Shown: positions 20,359 through 30,389, numbered from the stretch's first letter. The stretch: 64,000 nt of DNA from an uncultured Eubacteriales bacterium (GCA_963632615.1 CAVGVF010000001.1:72636-136635); one strand, 5' to 3'. Numbers and translations are program-made. Notes: generated by a model from the sequence alone, not told the origin.

Positions 20359-21619
20359 ACAGTTGGATTATGTCTATAATACTTATATAAACAAAAGAAT
20401 GCTGATTCTGCTGGCATTGGGATTTACCAGCGGCTTTCCTTTTTTATTGGTGTTCGGCACACTCAGCTTTTGGCTTAAAGATTTAGACATATCCTATACT
20501 TTAATCGGGGCTTTTTCTTTGGTTAAAATCCCCTACTCTTTAAAATGGGCTTGGTCGCCGCTGCTTGATAATGTTAAGCTGCCGGTTTTATATAAACTTG
20601 GACGGCGCCGTTCCTGGGCTGTTTTTATTCAGTTTTTGCTATTTTGTTCTTTGGCTGCAATGGCTTTCACAAATCCGGAAATTCATACGCTGCACATGGC
20701 TTTATTTGCATTTATCGCCAGTTTTTTATCAGCTTCACAGGATATTGTTTTAGATGCTTACCGTGTGGAAAGCTTTGAAGATGAACCGGAAAAACAGGCA
20801 TCCGGCGTGGCTATATATGTGCTGGGCTATCGTTTGGGCTTGATTTTTTCCGGAGCCGGAGCAATTTATATGGCTTCGGTTTTAAGCTGGCCGGAAGTTT
20901 ATTTGATTATGGCTTGCGGTTTGTTTGTAGGGTTTGTGGCGATTCTCATGGCTAAAGAGCCGCAAAAATATCAATATAAAAAGTATAAATTAAAGCTTAA
21001 AGACAGTATTGAGTTTGTTAAAAATTCTATAGTAAATCCGTTTAAAGATTTTGCAAAACGCCAGCATTGGTATTGGATTTTATTGTTTATTTTTACCTAT
21101 CGTCTGAGCAATGCTTATTTTGCGCCGATGAGTTTTCCTTTTTATGTGGATTTAGGCTTTACTAAAGCGGAAATTGCTTCGGTTATCAAAATTTACGGAA
21201 TGATTGCCGCTATTCTGGGCGGTTTAAGCGGCGGCCTGATTGTTATGAGATTCGGTTTGAAAAACAGCTTGCTGCTGTTTGGCCTGACACAGTGCCTGAC
21301 TACTTTTTTGTTTGCCGTTCAAGCCCGATACGGGCATAATATGCCGCTGTTTATAACCATAATTACTTTAGAGAACTTTTCTTCCGGTTTGGCAACAACA
21401 GCTTTGGTGGCCTATATTTCATCATTGTGCAATAAATTGTATACGGCAACGCAGTATGCGCTTTTATCATCGGTTATGAGTTTGTCGCGCGATATATTCT
21501 CTTCAACCAGCGGATTGCTGGCTCAATATGTTTCTTGGAATGTATTTTTTATAATCAGCGGCTGTTTGAGCCTGCCGAGCTTAATTATTGTCTGGTTTTG
21601 CCTGAAAAAGGATAAATAG
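20342..21619 (+). CDS. ampG: MFS muropeptide permease AmpG-like
   Basis: 12-TM MFS protein whose N-terminus aligns with AmpG (ILLALGFTSGFPF). Start chosen at the Met overlapping the dnaQ stop; the track ORF starts at 20312. Confidence 0.7.
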   Translation: MLKMLKQLDYVYNTYINKRMLILLALGFTSGFPFLLVFGTLSFWLKDLDISYTLIGAFSLVKIPYSLKWAWSPLLDNVKLPVLYKLGRRRSWAVFIQFLLFCSLAAMAFTNPEIHTLHMALFAFIASFLSASQDIVLDAYRVESFEDEPEKQASGVAIYVLGYRLGLIFSGAGAIYMASVLSWPEVYLIMACGLFVGFVAILMAKEPQKYQYKKYKLKLKDSIEFVKNSIVNPFKDFAKRQHWYWILLFIFTYRLSNAYFAPMSFPFYVDLGFTKAEIASVIKIYGMIAAILGGLSGGLIVMRFGLKNSLLLFGLTQCLTTFLFAVQARYGHNMPLFITIITLENFSSGLATTALVAYISSLCNKLYTATQYALLSSVMSLSRDIFSSTSGLLAQYVSWNVFFIISGCLSLPSLIIVWFCLKKDK

Positions 21620-21682
21620 CGATTGTAAAAATTGAAAAAAGGCGTTATAATGATAATGTTTTTTATGTGAAAGATTTAAGCA

Positions 21683-22837
21683 ATGGCCGATGAAAATAAA
21701 AATAAATCTTCTGATATAAAAGAAGCTGAAAAATATTATCAAAAACATCGCAATGACGAAGTTGATGAAGTTTTAAATCGCAGTGAATCTTGGCAGGCTA
21801 TTGCTAAGCAGATAGATAAATTTGCCGAAAATACGGAAAGCGGACATATTGTTAATGATATAGTTTTTTCCGGAAAAATGCTGCAAGGCGGTAATTTTAA
21901 CGGTGAAAATTTTGAAAACGCCGATTTCAGCGGCAGTAATATGCAGGAAGGCAGCTTTAAAAATGCCAATATGCAGAATGCCAATTTTACCGGAGCCGAT
22001 TTAAGCGGTGCTGATTTCAGCGGAGCAAATTTGGACGGTGCAATTTTTGTGGGTGCGCAGCTTATCGGTACAAACTTTACCGGCGCTCACATGCACGGCG
22101 TAAAATTCCAAAATGCAAATCTGCAAGATGCTATTTTGCTGGATGCGGATTTAGATAATCTTTCGATTGAAGAGCTGCAGGAACTTGTTGAATATTTAGC
22201 AAAATATTATCCGCATAAATTGAATTTAACCCGTTTGAATTTAACTATGCTTGATTTGAAGCGCATTGATTTAACTCAGGTTAATCTGCGCGGCGTTGAT
22301 TTTACGGGTTGTGATTTTACCGGTGTAAATATTTATGAGCTTGATTTAAGCGAGTGTATTATATCTCCGGCTCAGATTGAACAGGCTATCGGCCACGTGC
22401 CTACGGCATTGGAATTGAAAAAAATTTTGGCGCCGAAAAGCAAGAAAAAACCGCAAAAAATGAAAGGTATTGATTTTGAAGACTTTTTTACCGGAGGAAA
22501 AGGCAGTTTTGATTTGGATACAACAAATATGTATTTGGATGTGAATGCTATCGGTAAAAAGGGAAAAGAAATATTTCAGTCTTTTAAAAAACGTGATTCT
22601 GATGATAAAATTATGGAAAAGTTCGGTAAAGAAAAAGAAAATCATCAGCCGGAGAAAAAAGAAAGCAATATTGAAGAACTGCGCAAAACTATAGAGCAGC
22701 ACAAAAAAGAGGTTTTGGAACGCCGGCAGGAAATGCAGGAGCGCGAAAATAAAGAAAAAATGCGCGAGCAGATAAAAGAAAAAATTAAAGAAAATAAAGC
22801 TATGCTTTTACAGGCTCATTCTTCTAGGGAAAGATAA
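21683..22837 (+). CDS. pentapeptide-repeat protein with charged coiled-coil C-terminus
   Basis: Tandem A(D/N)(L/F)xG pentapeptide repeats across residues ~80-230, then a K/E-rich tail. Confidence 0.75.
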   Translation: MADENKNKSSDIKEAEKYYQKHRNDEVDEVLNRSESWQAIAKQIDKFAENTESGHIVNDIVFSGKMLQGGNFNGENFENADFSGSNMQEGSFKNANMQNANFTGADLSGADFSGANLDGAIFVGAQLIGTNFTGAHMHGVKFQNANLQDAILLDADLDNLSIEELQELVEYLAKYYPHKLNLTRLNLTMLDLKRIDLTQVNLRGVDFTGCDFTGVNIYELDLSECIISPAQIEQAIGHVPTALELKKILAPKSKKKPQKMKGIDFEDFFTGGKGSFDLDTTNMYLDVNAIGKKGKEIFQSFKKRDSDDKIMEKFGKEKENHQPEKKESNIEELRKTIEQHKKEVLERRQEMQERENKEKMREQIKEKIKENKAMLLQAHSSRER

Positions 22838-24156
22838 TGGAAGATACGCTTTTTTCAAACAAAGTTAAACGCCCGCTGGCAGATAGGCTGCGTCCGACTA
22901 AATTAGAAGAAGTTGTCGGGCAAGACCAGATTATCGGTGCAAATGCTCCTTTGGGGCGTATGCTGAAATCAGGCAAAATAAGCTCTTTTATTTTATGGGG
23001 GCCGCCGGGGTGCGGCAAAACCACCATTGCCCGTTTGATTGCCGAATATACAAACCTTTATTTTGAACAGATATCAGCGGTTTTTTCCGGTGTTGCCGAT
23101 TTAAAACGGGTTTTTCAGTATGCTCAGGAGCGCCGTGCTAATCAGGGCAAAGGCACATTGCTGTTTGTAGATGAAATTCATCGCTTTAATAAATCGCAGC
23201 AAGATGGATTTTTGCCGTATGTTGAAGACGGTACGGTTATTTTAGTCGGTGCGACTACCGAAAATCCCTCGTTTGAACTTAATTCCGCTTTGCTTTCCCG
23301 CTGCCAGGTGTTTGTGCTTAACCGTTTGACTCCGGATGATTTTGAAATTTTACTGGAAAGAGCGGAAAAAGAAGAGGGACGCAAGCTGCCGCTTGATGAA
23401 GAAGCCAGAGATTTTATTAAAGAAATTGCCGACGGAGATGGGCGTTATATTTTGAATATTGCTGAAAATATATGGTCGTACGCCCAGAACGGAGAAGTTT
23501 TTAATAAAGAGCAAATTCTAAATATTATCCGCTCGCGGGCGCCGGTTTATGATAAAGGGCGGGACGGACATTATAATTTGATTTCCGCTGTTCATAAATC
23601 TTTGCGCGGTTCGGATGTTGACGCCGCTATGTATTGGGTGGCGCGCATGCTGGTGGCCGGAGAAGATCCGCGCTATATTCTGCGCCGCTTGCTGCAATTT
23701 TCTATTGAAGATGTATCTTTGGCCGACCCGAATGCCGTAAATCAGGCCATAGCCTGCAGTCAGACCTACGAACGGTTAGGTTCTCCAGAAGGCGAGCTTG
23801 CGGTTATGCAGCTTACTGCCTATTTAGCGACAGCTCCTAAATCTGCGGCTGTTTATAAAGGAATGCAAAAAGCTATCACAGCCGCGCGGCAGACCGGTTC
23901 TTTAATGCCGCCTAAGCATATTTTGAACGCTCCGACAAAGCTGATGAAAAACTTGGGCTACAGCGACGGCTATATTTATGATCAAGATTTGGAAGACGGT
24001 TTTTCGGGACAGAATTATTTTCCGGACGGTATGAGCCGCGCTAAATATTATAATCCGGTAGACCGCGGTTTTGAACGTGAAATTAAGAAGCGTATAGAAT
24101 ATTTTGATAAGCTGCGTAAAGAAAAACAAGCTAAAATGAAAGAAAAAAATGACTGA
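22837..24156 (+). CDS. rarA: replication-associated recombination protein A (AAA+ ATPase)
   Basis: Walker A GPPGCGKTT and RarA/MgsA architecture; 439 aa. Confidence 0.9.
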   Translation: MEDTLFSNKVKRPLADRLRPTKLEEVVGQDQIIGANAPLGRMLKSGKISSFILWGPPGCGKTTIARLIAEYTNLYFEQISAVFSGVADLKRVFQYAQERRANQGKGTLLFVDEIHRFNKSQQDGFLPYVEDGTVILVGATTENPSFELNSALLSRCQVFVLNRLTPDDFEILLERAEKEEGRKLPLDEEARDFIKEIADGDGRYILNIAENIWSYAQNGEVFNKEQILNIIRSRAPVYDKGRDGHYNLISAVHKSLRGSDVDAAMYWVARMLVAGEDPRYILRRLLQFSIEDVSLADPNAVNQAIACSQTYERLGSPEGELAVMQLTAYLATAPKSAAVYKGMQKAITAARQTGSLMPPKHILNAPTKLMKNLGYSDGYIYDQDLEDGFSGQNYFPDGMSRAKYYNPVDRGFEREIKKRIEYFDKLRKEKQAKMKEKND

Positions 24157-24526
24157 GTATATCTATAAAATATGCGTTAGCTATAAAGTTTTTTGCAAGC
24201 TGCAGGAATGTGATATAATTCCAAGCCTTGAAGAAAATCATGTTGGGCTTGTAGTTCATATTTCTAAAGATGATTATAAAAAATTAACTGATAATGAAAA
24301 GAAAAATTTAGAGAAATATGAAGTTGCTAATTATCCTTTGCCAAAGCAGCATAAAATTGAACCGCTGTTTGATGAAATAAAATCCGAAGATTTGAATAGC
24401 GCTGCTGAAAAAATCAGGTGCAAAATGAAAATGCCGGATTTAGCGAAACCTAAAAATGTAAAACAAAAGTATTATATTCCCAGAACAATAGGCAAAGTTA
24501 ATACAAAGAAAAAAGGTGGTAGATAA
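24149..24526 (+). CDS. hypothetical Lys-rich small protein
   Basis: 125-aa ORF between rarA and the rluA-family gene, overlapping both ends by a few nt. Confidence 0.3.
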   Translation: MTEYIYKICVSYKVFCKLQECDIIPSLEENHVGLVVHISKDDYKKLTDNEKKNLEKYEVANYPLPKQHKIEPLFDEIKSEDLNSAAEKIRCKMKMPDLAKPKNVKQKYYIPRTIGKVNTKKKGGR

Positions 24527-25457
24527 AATGTCAGGGGTAACAATAGTTAAAATAAAATCTGAGGATGACGGCATAAGGCTTAACCGTTGGTTTTTGCGTG
24601 AATATCCGTCTTTAAGCTTAGGTAGGCTGCAAAAATTGCTGCGTACAAAGCAAATAAAAGTTGACGGCAAACGGGCAGAAACATCTACCCGATTAACTGC
24701 CGGTCAAGAGCTGCGTTTGCCGCCGTTGGATAATGAAAAAGCCGTTAAAACAGCAGAGAATATCAGTAAAAATGATGCTGATTATATAATGTCTTTAGTT
24801 ATTTATAAGGATAAAGATATTATAGCGCTTAATAAGCCGTCCGGCTTGGCTGTGCAGGGCGGAACCAACACCACGCGGCATATTGACGGATTTTTAGAGG
24901 CTTTAAAGTTTGAAAACAACGAAAAGCCTAAGCTGGTGCATCGTATTGATAAAGAAACCAGCGGCATCTTGCTGCTGGCGCGCAACCGTAAATCGGCGGA
25001 AGTTTTAACCAAAGCTTTTCGCGAGCACAGTTTGCAGAAAACATATTTAGCTTTGGTGCGCGGCTGTCCGCAGCAGCTTAGCGGAGAAATCAATCTGCCT
25101 TTAGAAAAAATCGGCGAAAAAATGGAAGTTGTTAAAGGCGGTAAAAAAGCCGTAACAGCTTATGAAGTTTTGGATAACGCTGCTAAAAAGTACGCTTTAT
25201 TGGCGGCTTCTCCTTTAACCGGACGCACTCATCAGATTCGCGCACATCTGGAAGCTCTGGGCTGTCCGATTTTAGGAGATAATAAATATTACGGAACGGA
25301 ACGCGTCCGTTTAAAAGAAGTTGCGGATAAACTATATTTACATGCGTATAAAATAGATTTATCGGCTATATATGGTAAAAAGACGGTGATTTGCGCCGAA
25401 TTACCAAAGTATTATAAAGAAGCTTGTGAATTTTTTGGATTGGAGTATAAAAAATGA
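24516..25457 (+). CDS. RluA-family 23S rRNA pseudouridine synthase (RluC/RluD-like)
   Basis: S4-like N-terminus and catalytic motif HRIDKETSGILLLA. Confidence 0.85.
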   Translation: MVDKMSGVTIVKIKSEDDGIRLNRWFLREYPSLSLGRLQKLLRTKQIKVDGKRAETSTRLTAGQELRLPPLDNEKAVKTAENISKNDADYIMSLVIYKDKDIIALNKPSGLAVQGGTNTTRHIDGFLEALKFENNEKPKLVHRIDKETSGILLLARNRKSAEVLTKAFREHSLQKTYLALVRGCPQQLSGEINLPLEKIGEKMEVVKGGKKAVTAYEVLDNAAKKYALLAASPLTGRTHQIRAHLEALGCPILGDNKYYGTERVRLKEVADKLYLHAYKIDLSAIYGKKTVICAELPKYYKEACEFFGLEYKK

Positions 25458-27265
25458 AAAAATTTTTAATAGTTTTAGCAATAATCATTTTTGTTCCGTT
25501 GATTGGCTTGATTACATTTTTGAAATTAGCCAATTTTAACAACTATAAGCCGCAAATTGAAGCTTTGGCTTTGAAATATGCGAATATGATTGTTAAAATC
25601 AACGGTGATTTGAAAATCGGTGTTTCGCTCAAGCCAAGCATTGAGTTAAACGATGTTTCGGTTGCACAGGCCGAAAATAATCAGCCGGTGGCGCAAATCG
25701 GTCAGGCTCAGGTGCAGTTTTCTTTGCTGCCGCTTCTGAAAAAAGAAATTGTGGTCGATACCGTTAAAACATCTGATACTAATGTTTTTTACAGCGATAA
25801 AGACAGTGTCGAAATTAAAGATTTTGCTATCGGCATGGATAGTTTTGATGCTCCGATTAACTTAAGTTTTGATACAGTGGTTTCCGGTATTCAGATTACC
25901 GGCGAAGGCACAACCTCTTCCTTTAAGTCAATTCAGGATTCTGAATATAATGACGTTGACGCCAAACTGCAGGTAAATGCGTTAGGCTATACTTTGAATT
26001 ATGAAGGCGGTGTTAAAGGCATCACTAAAGGACTTACTTCTGACGGTTCTTATGAAATCACTTATAAATCAAACAAAATAAATGGTAACGTTTCGGCTGA
26101 TTTAACCGGTGAAACACCGTATTTAAAGCTGAACGCCGCCAGCGATAATTTGAATGTATATGAATTCAGCGAAGCTAAAAAAGCAGAAAACAGCTGGTTA
26201 ATTTCAGAAGCACAAGCAAATGAGCTGATTAAAAATACGCCGATTCCTTATGATGCGCTTAAAGCCGCAAACGCTGATGTTAATATTGATTTTAAAACCG
26301 TTAATATTACACCGGATATGGCTTTAACCAATGTTTTGACAGATTTAACTTTGAAAAACGGTGTATTTAAAGCCGATATAAAGAATATCAGTGGCGGCGA
26401 TGGCGTTATTAAAGGCAGTGCAACACTGAATGCCAACGCTAAAAATATGAGCGTTAATTTGAACGGCAGCGGCATTGTTTTGCAAAAATTAAATAAAGCT
26501 TTTGCTAATTCCGGCAATGAAGTTTTGTATGTCAAAAACGGCGGTAAAACCGATTTTAATATCAAACTTAACACTTCCGGTGCCAATACCGACCAATATT
26601 TAGCCAATATGGACGGCCAAATTGTGGCAATCATTGACCAGTCTGTGATGAATATTAAGAGTTTGGAACGCCTGCAGGGTAATATTATTGTTCAGATTTT
26701 GAATAATTTGAAATTGAATATTGTCAATAAAGATATGAACTTGAATTGCGCGGTGGTTCGCAGCGATATTAAAAAAGGCGTGGCAGAATTTCCTAAAGGC
26801 ATAGCGTTTGATGCTAACGATTTTTATGTTGTTGCCGATGGAAGTGTAAACCTGTATAATGAAAAAATTGATTTGGATTTGCAGCCGTTCTCCGGACGCA
26901 TTACCGATACTAATGTTTCCTCAGTTTTGGGTTCTTTGTTAAGTATCAGCGGCACCATGTCTAATCCTAGTGTCGGACTGAACAAAACGCAAACCGCAAA
27001 GGCTGTTGTCGGCATTATTGCTACCGGCGGTCTGTATAATGCCGGAGATATGATTTTGAGCGCGGATTCTTCTCCATGCTACACCGCATTGCAGGGTACA
27101 GCTTATGCTAACCATTTTAAGGCTTCTGAAGGTGTTAAAAATGATGCATCTAAAACCTATTCCGACACTAAAGACGCGGTTAAAAAATCTTTGACTGATA
27201 CTAAAGACGCAGTAAAAGATTTGGGCAGCCAAGCCGGCAGTCTTTTGAAAGGTTTGGTAAAATAA
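25454..27265 (+). CDS. AsmA-family outer-membrane assembly protein
   Basis: N-terminal membrane anchor then a long beta-rich repetitive periplasmic region; 603 aa. Confidence 0.55.
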   Translation: MKKFLIVLAIIIFVPLIGLITFLKLANFNNYKPQIEALALKYANMIVKINGDLKIGVSLKPSIELNDVSVAQAENNQPVAQIGQAQVQFSLLPLLKKEIVVDTVKTSDTNVFYSDKDSVEIKDFAIGMDSFDAPINLSFDTVVSGIQITGEGTTSSFKSIQDSEYNDVDAKLQVNALGYTLNYEGGVKGITKGLTSDGSYEITYKSNKINGNVSADLTGETPYLKLNAASDNLNVYEFSEAKKAENSWLISEAQANELIKNTPIPYDALKAANADVNIDFKTVNITPDMALTNVLTDLTLKNGVFKADIKNISGGDGVIKGSATLNANAKNMSVNLNGSGIVLQKLNKAFANSGNEVLYVKNGGKTDFNIKLNTSGANTDQYLANMDGQIVAIIDQSVMNIKSLERLQGNIIVQILNNLKLNIVNKDMNLNCAVVRSDIKKGVAEFPKGIAFDANDFYVVADGSVNLYNEKIDLDLQPFSGRITDTNVSSVLGSLLSISGTMSNPSVGLNKTQTAKAVVGIIATGGLYNAGDMILSADSSPCYTALQGTAYANHFKASEGVKNDASKTYSDTKDAVKKSLTDTKDAVKDLGSQAGSLLKGLVK

Positions 27266-27765
27266 TGCTGGATTTTAAACAAGCAGAAAGCGAGATAAAA
27301 GAACATCGCGCAGAAGTTATAGAAAAACTGGTGGAATTTTCTTTTACGGATGTAATTTTGTTTTGGAGCGCCAATGATGATATTAAGGCTTTGCAAACTG
27401 AAAAATGGCTTCCGGTTTTGAAATGGCTTAACAATCGTTTCAAAATGACTTTAAAAGAAACTGACGGCTTAACTCCTCCGCCGCAAAATGAAAATAACCG
27501 CGCCGGTTTTACCGAGATTTTAGAAAAAATGAGCTTAAAGACATTGACAGCCTATTATTTAGCGGCTGTACGGCTAAAATCTCCGTTGCTGGCACTCGCC
27601 TTTGCCGAAAAGAAAATAACCGCTGCAGAGGCTTTTGAGCTGGCTTATTTGGAAGAATTATACCAGAGTAAATCATGGGGTGTGGATGAAGAAGCGGAGC
27701 AAGGCCGTCAATGTGTAAAAAATGAACTTTTAGAAATAGAAGAATTTTTACACGGTAAAAAATAA
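27265..27765 (+). CDS. ATP12/ATP11-family F1-ATPase assembly chaperone
   Basis: 166 aa of ATP12-like length and composition; an alphaproteobacterial/mitochondrial hallmark. Confidence 0.55.
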   Translation: MLDFKQAESEIKEHRAEVIEKLVEFSFTDVILFWSANDDIKALQTEKWLPVLKWLNNRFKMTLKETDGLTPPPQNENNRAGFTEILEKMSLKTLTAYYLAAVRLKSPLLALAFAEKKITAAEAFELAYLEELYQSKSWGVDEEAEQGRQCVKNELLEIEEFLHGKK

Positions 27766-28046
27766 TGCTTAAATGCTTTTTAATCAGCGGCAGGGTTCAG
27801 GGCGTCGGTTTTCGCTTTTGGACCCTGCACCGCGTTTTAGAGATTGGCGGAATTTCCGGTTATGTCTGCAACCTGCCTAGCGGCGATGTTTTGGTTTTGG
27901 CCGAAAGTGCCGAAGATAAATTGCAGCAGCTGGAAATTTCTTTATATAAAGGTCCGTTATTTGCGAGGGTAGATAGCGTAAAAAATTCGCCGGAGCTTAT
28001 TTCATATTTTCCGCCGGTGGAAAACGGTGTATTTAAACGTCTATAG
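27765..28046 (+). CDS. acyP: acylphosphatase
   Basis: Signature GRVQGVGFR; 93 aa. Confidence 0.8.
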   Translation: MLKCFLISGRVQGVGFRFWTLHRVLEIGGISGYVCNLPSGDVLVLAESAEDKLQQLEISLYKGPLFARVDSVKNSPELISYFPPVENGVFKRL

Positions 28047-28115
28047 AACTACAGATTAGGTTGTTTGCGGCTATTTAGCGCATATATTTTCTGCTGAATA
28101 AAAAAGGAGGCAGAA

Positions 28116-28397
28116 ATGCAAAAAGTAGATAAAACCACCGAAAATATTAAGCTGTGCCGCTGTATGACTTGTCCGTCATATACGGAACATTGCAAACTTA
28201 AAAATGCGCCGGAGAATTTTTTAAAGTCGCTGGAAAATTTGCAAAATATGCAGCACTATGAAAAACTTTATTGCGCATTTGAAAAGAGCAACTGCATTTA
28301 TCAGGATAAAGGCTGTGTCTGCAGCGAATGCGAGGTTTATAAAAACTATAATCTGCAGAATCATGACTATTGCCTGCACACCGGCGGAGTTATGTAA
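28116..28397 (+). CDS. small Cys-rich hypothetical protein
   Basis: 93 aa; CRCMTCPSY...C..C...CVCSEC pattern; RBS AGGAGG. Confidence 0.4.
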   Translation: MQKVDKTTENIKLCRCMTCPSYTEHCKLKNAPENFLKSLENLQNMQHYEKLYCAFEKSNCIYQDKGCVCSECEVYKNYNLQNHDYCLHTGGVM

Positions 28398-28404
28398 TAA
28401 AAAA

Positions 28405-28428
28405 AGACCTCGTTTGAGGTCTTTTTTT
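28405..28428. terminator. bidirectional intrinsic terminator
   Basis: agacctcgtttgaggtct hairpin flanked by an A-run and a T-run, between convergent genes. Confidence 0.7.
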
Positions 28429-28441
28429 CAAGAATTAAAGC

Positions 28442-29284
28442 TTATTCTTTATTTTCTTTAGCCGCAGCCAGATTTTTTTCATAAGCGCGCTTGTCGTGCA
28501 AAAATTTAATGACTGTAAACGGTATTGTTAATAAATAAGCCAGTGTAAACAGGCCTAATGTCAGCCAAGGCTGAGTTAATAAACAGCTTACAAATAAAGC
28601 GAACAATACCATTAACGGCAAGAAATAATCTGCGTTAATACGGGTTTTTTTGAGCGACAAGGTTGGAATGCGGCTAACCATTAAGTAGGCTACTAAAATG
28701 ATTATAACGCTGCACAGATATTTGTTGCGCAAAATAAAATCGTATTCCGGATAAGCAAATGAAATCAGCAGAGGCATAACAGCGATTGCTGCGGCCATCG
28801 GAGCCGGAACGCCCACAAAATAGTGCGACCAATATTCCGGAACTGTTGCGTCTTCCAGCATAGTGTTAAAACGAGCCAGACGCATAGCCATGCCGGCTGA
28901 AAACATCAGGGTAAAAATCCAGCCCCAATGCGGAATGCCGTTTAAGCACCATTGATACATCAATACTGCCGGAGCTACGCCGAAACTTACAAAGTCAGAA
29001 AGTGAATCCAACTCGGCGCCGAATTTTGACGAGGCTTTAAGCTTGCGGGCAACGCGTCCGTCCAAACCGTCAAACACGCAGGCTAAAAACAGGCATACTA
29101 TTGCGTATGTCCAGTTTTGCATAATTGCGAATTTGATGGTGGTAACGCCTGAGCATAAAGCCATAAGGGTTACGATATTCGGAGCCATTTTGCGGAACGG
29201 AACTTCCTTAAATTTGCCGATTGCTTTCTTTTTTATACCGCTGTGAGCGGCTGATGAGCGGTTGTTTTGGTATGTTTTAGCCAT
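28442..29284 (-). CDS. pssA: CDP-alcohol phosphatidyltransferase (phosphatidylserine synthase-like)
   Basis: Motif DGLDGRVARK...G...D...D; multi-TM. Start overlaps the psd stop (TAATG). Confidence 0.8.
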   Translation of the reverse strand: MAKTYQNNRSSAAHSGIKKKAIGKFKEVPFRKMAPNIVTLMALCSGVTTIKFAIMQNWTYAIVCLFLACVFDGLDGRVARKLKASSKFGAELDSLSDFVSFGVAPAVLMYQWCLNGIPHWGWIFTLMFSAGMAMRLARFNTMLEDATVPEYWSHYFVGVPAPMAAAIAVMPLLISFAYPEYDFILRNKYLCSVIIILVAYLMVSRIPTLSLKKTRINADYFLPLMVLFALFVSCLLTQPWLTLGLFTLAYLLTIPFTVIKFLHDKRAYEKNLAAAKENKE

Positions 29285-29991
29285 TATCTTATTTCTCCTT
29301 CAAGACGGGGAGCATCTGATTTTATATCGGCAACAATAGTTTCGCCGCCGACTAAATACTGTCCTACGCAAACTTGCGGCTCAATTTTTTCCGGCAGATA
29401 CAAATCAACATACCCGCCGAAACGAATAAATCCGAAACGCTGTCCGGCAACAAACTCATCGCCTTTTTTCAAATTGGCGACAATACGTTTGCTGCAAAAC
29501 AGAGCTGTCTGCTGTAACACAAATTCTATGCCGCTGCTATGTTTTATAGCAATCAGCATTCTTTCATTTTTGATATCATTTTTAGCTGTAGAGCCGGAAA
29601 ATTTTTTGCCGGCATCATAAAATGTTTTACTGATAACGCCTTTAATCGGAAAACGGTTGATATTTACATCAAACGGGCTGATATAAAGGCTTACTTTGGT
29701 GTAATTTTTACGGTCAAGCCCTAAAGAAGTAGGGCCTTTTTCACGGCTTATGGCTACAACATAGCCATCGGCCGGAGCAATAACAGTTCCGGATAAAACA
29801 GGCGTAACTCTGACCGGATCGCGGAAACTGTAAAAACACCAAACAGTGATTAAAAATGAAAGGCATCCGAGCGGAAACCAAATAATCGCTGAAATCAACG
29901 ATATAAAGGCTAAAATGCTGACAAATTTCCACCCGTCTTCATTTATATTCGGAAAAAAATAATGATGAAGCGATGTGTCGACAGATTTCAT
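29284..29991 (-). CDS. psd: phosphatidylserine decarboxylase family protein (short type) with non-canonical processing site
   Basis: PSD-like APADGYV, SPFD..NR and FGFIRFG segments, but G-G-Y replaces the expected G-S-(T/R). See findings. Confidence 0.65.
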   Translation of the reverse strand: MKSVDTSLHHYFFPNINEDGWKFVSILAFISLISAIIWFPLGCLSFLITVWCFYSFRDPVRVTPVLSGTVIAPADGYVVAISREKGPTSLGLDRKNYTKVSLYISPFDVNINRFPIKGVISKTFYDAGKKFSGSTAKNDIKNERMLIAIKHSSGIEFVLQQTALFCSKRIVANLKKGDEFVAGQRFGFIRFGGYVDLYLPEKIEPQVCVGQYLVGGETIVADIKSDAPRLEGEIR

Positions 29992-30157
29992 TTTTTTCTC
30001 CCCAAAGAATACCGAAACGCTGTTTCTGTTGTATTCTCAAGTTAATATAGAGGAATGTATTTCCTCTTTCCGCTATTCAATTAAGCATATTTTACAAAAA
30101 AAGACAAGTTTTATGTTGCAAAAGTCAAAAAATTTATGTATATAACAAAACTGTAAT

Positions 30158-30242
30158 GCGCTTGTGGCGGAATCGGTAGACGCTGCAGACTTAAAATCTG
30201 TTGGGATTTATCCCGTGCCAGTTCAAGTCTGGCCTAGCGCAC
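30158..30242 (+). tRNA. tRNA-Leu (anticodon TAA)
   Basis: Cloverleaf with long variable arm, anticodon loop cuuAAaa, T-loop GTTCAAGTC, encoded CCA. Promoter TTGCAA-N17-TATATA at 30116-30144. Confidence 0.85.
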
Positions 30243-30250
30243 CAATAAAA

Positions 30251-30275
30251 AGGCTTTCCTTTAGGAGAGCTTTTT
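30251..30275 (+). terminator. intrinsic terminator after tRNA-Leu
   Basis: gctttcctttaggagagc followed by T7. Confidence 0.7.
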
Positions 30276-30306
30276 TTATGAATAACCGACAGCTAATACA
30301 CATTCG

Positions 30307-30331
30307 TCCGCTAATGAGGCGGATTTTTTTT
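30307..30331 (+). terminator. second tandem intrinsic terminator
   Basis: tccgctaatgaggcgga followed by T8. Confidence 0.6.
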
Positions 30332-30389
30332 CTTTACAAAACTAATTTGCTTAATTAAACTGAAAATTAGATATACGAGAGTTTATCTA

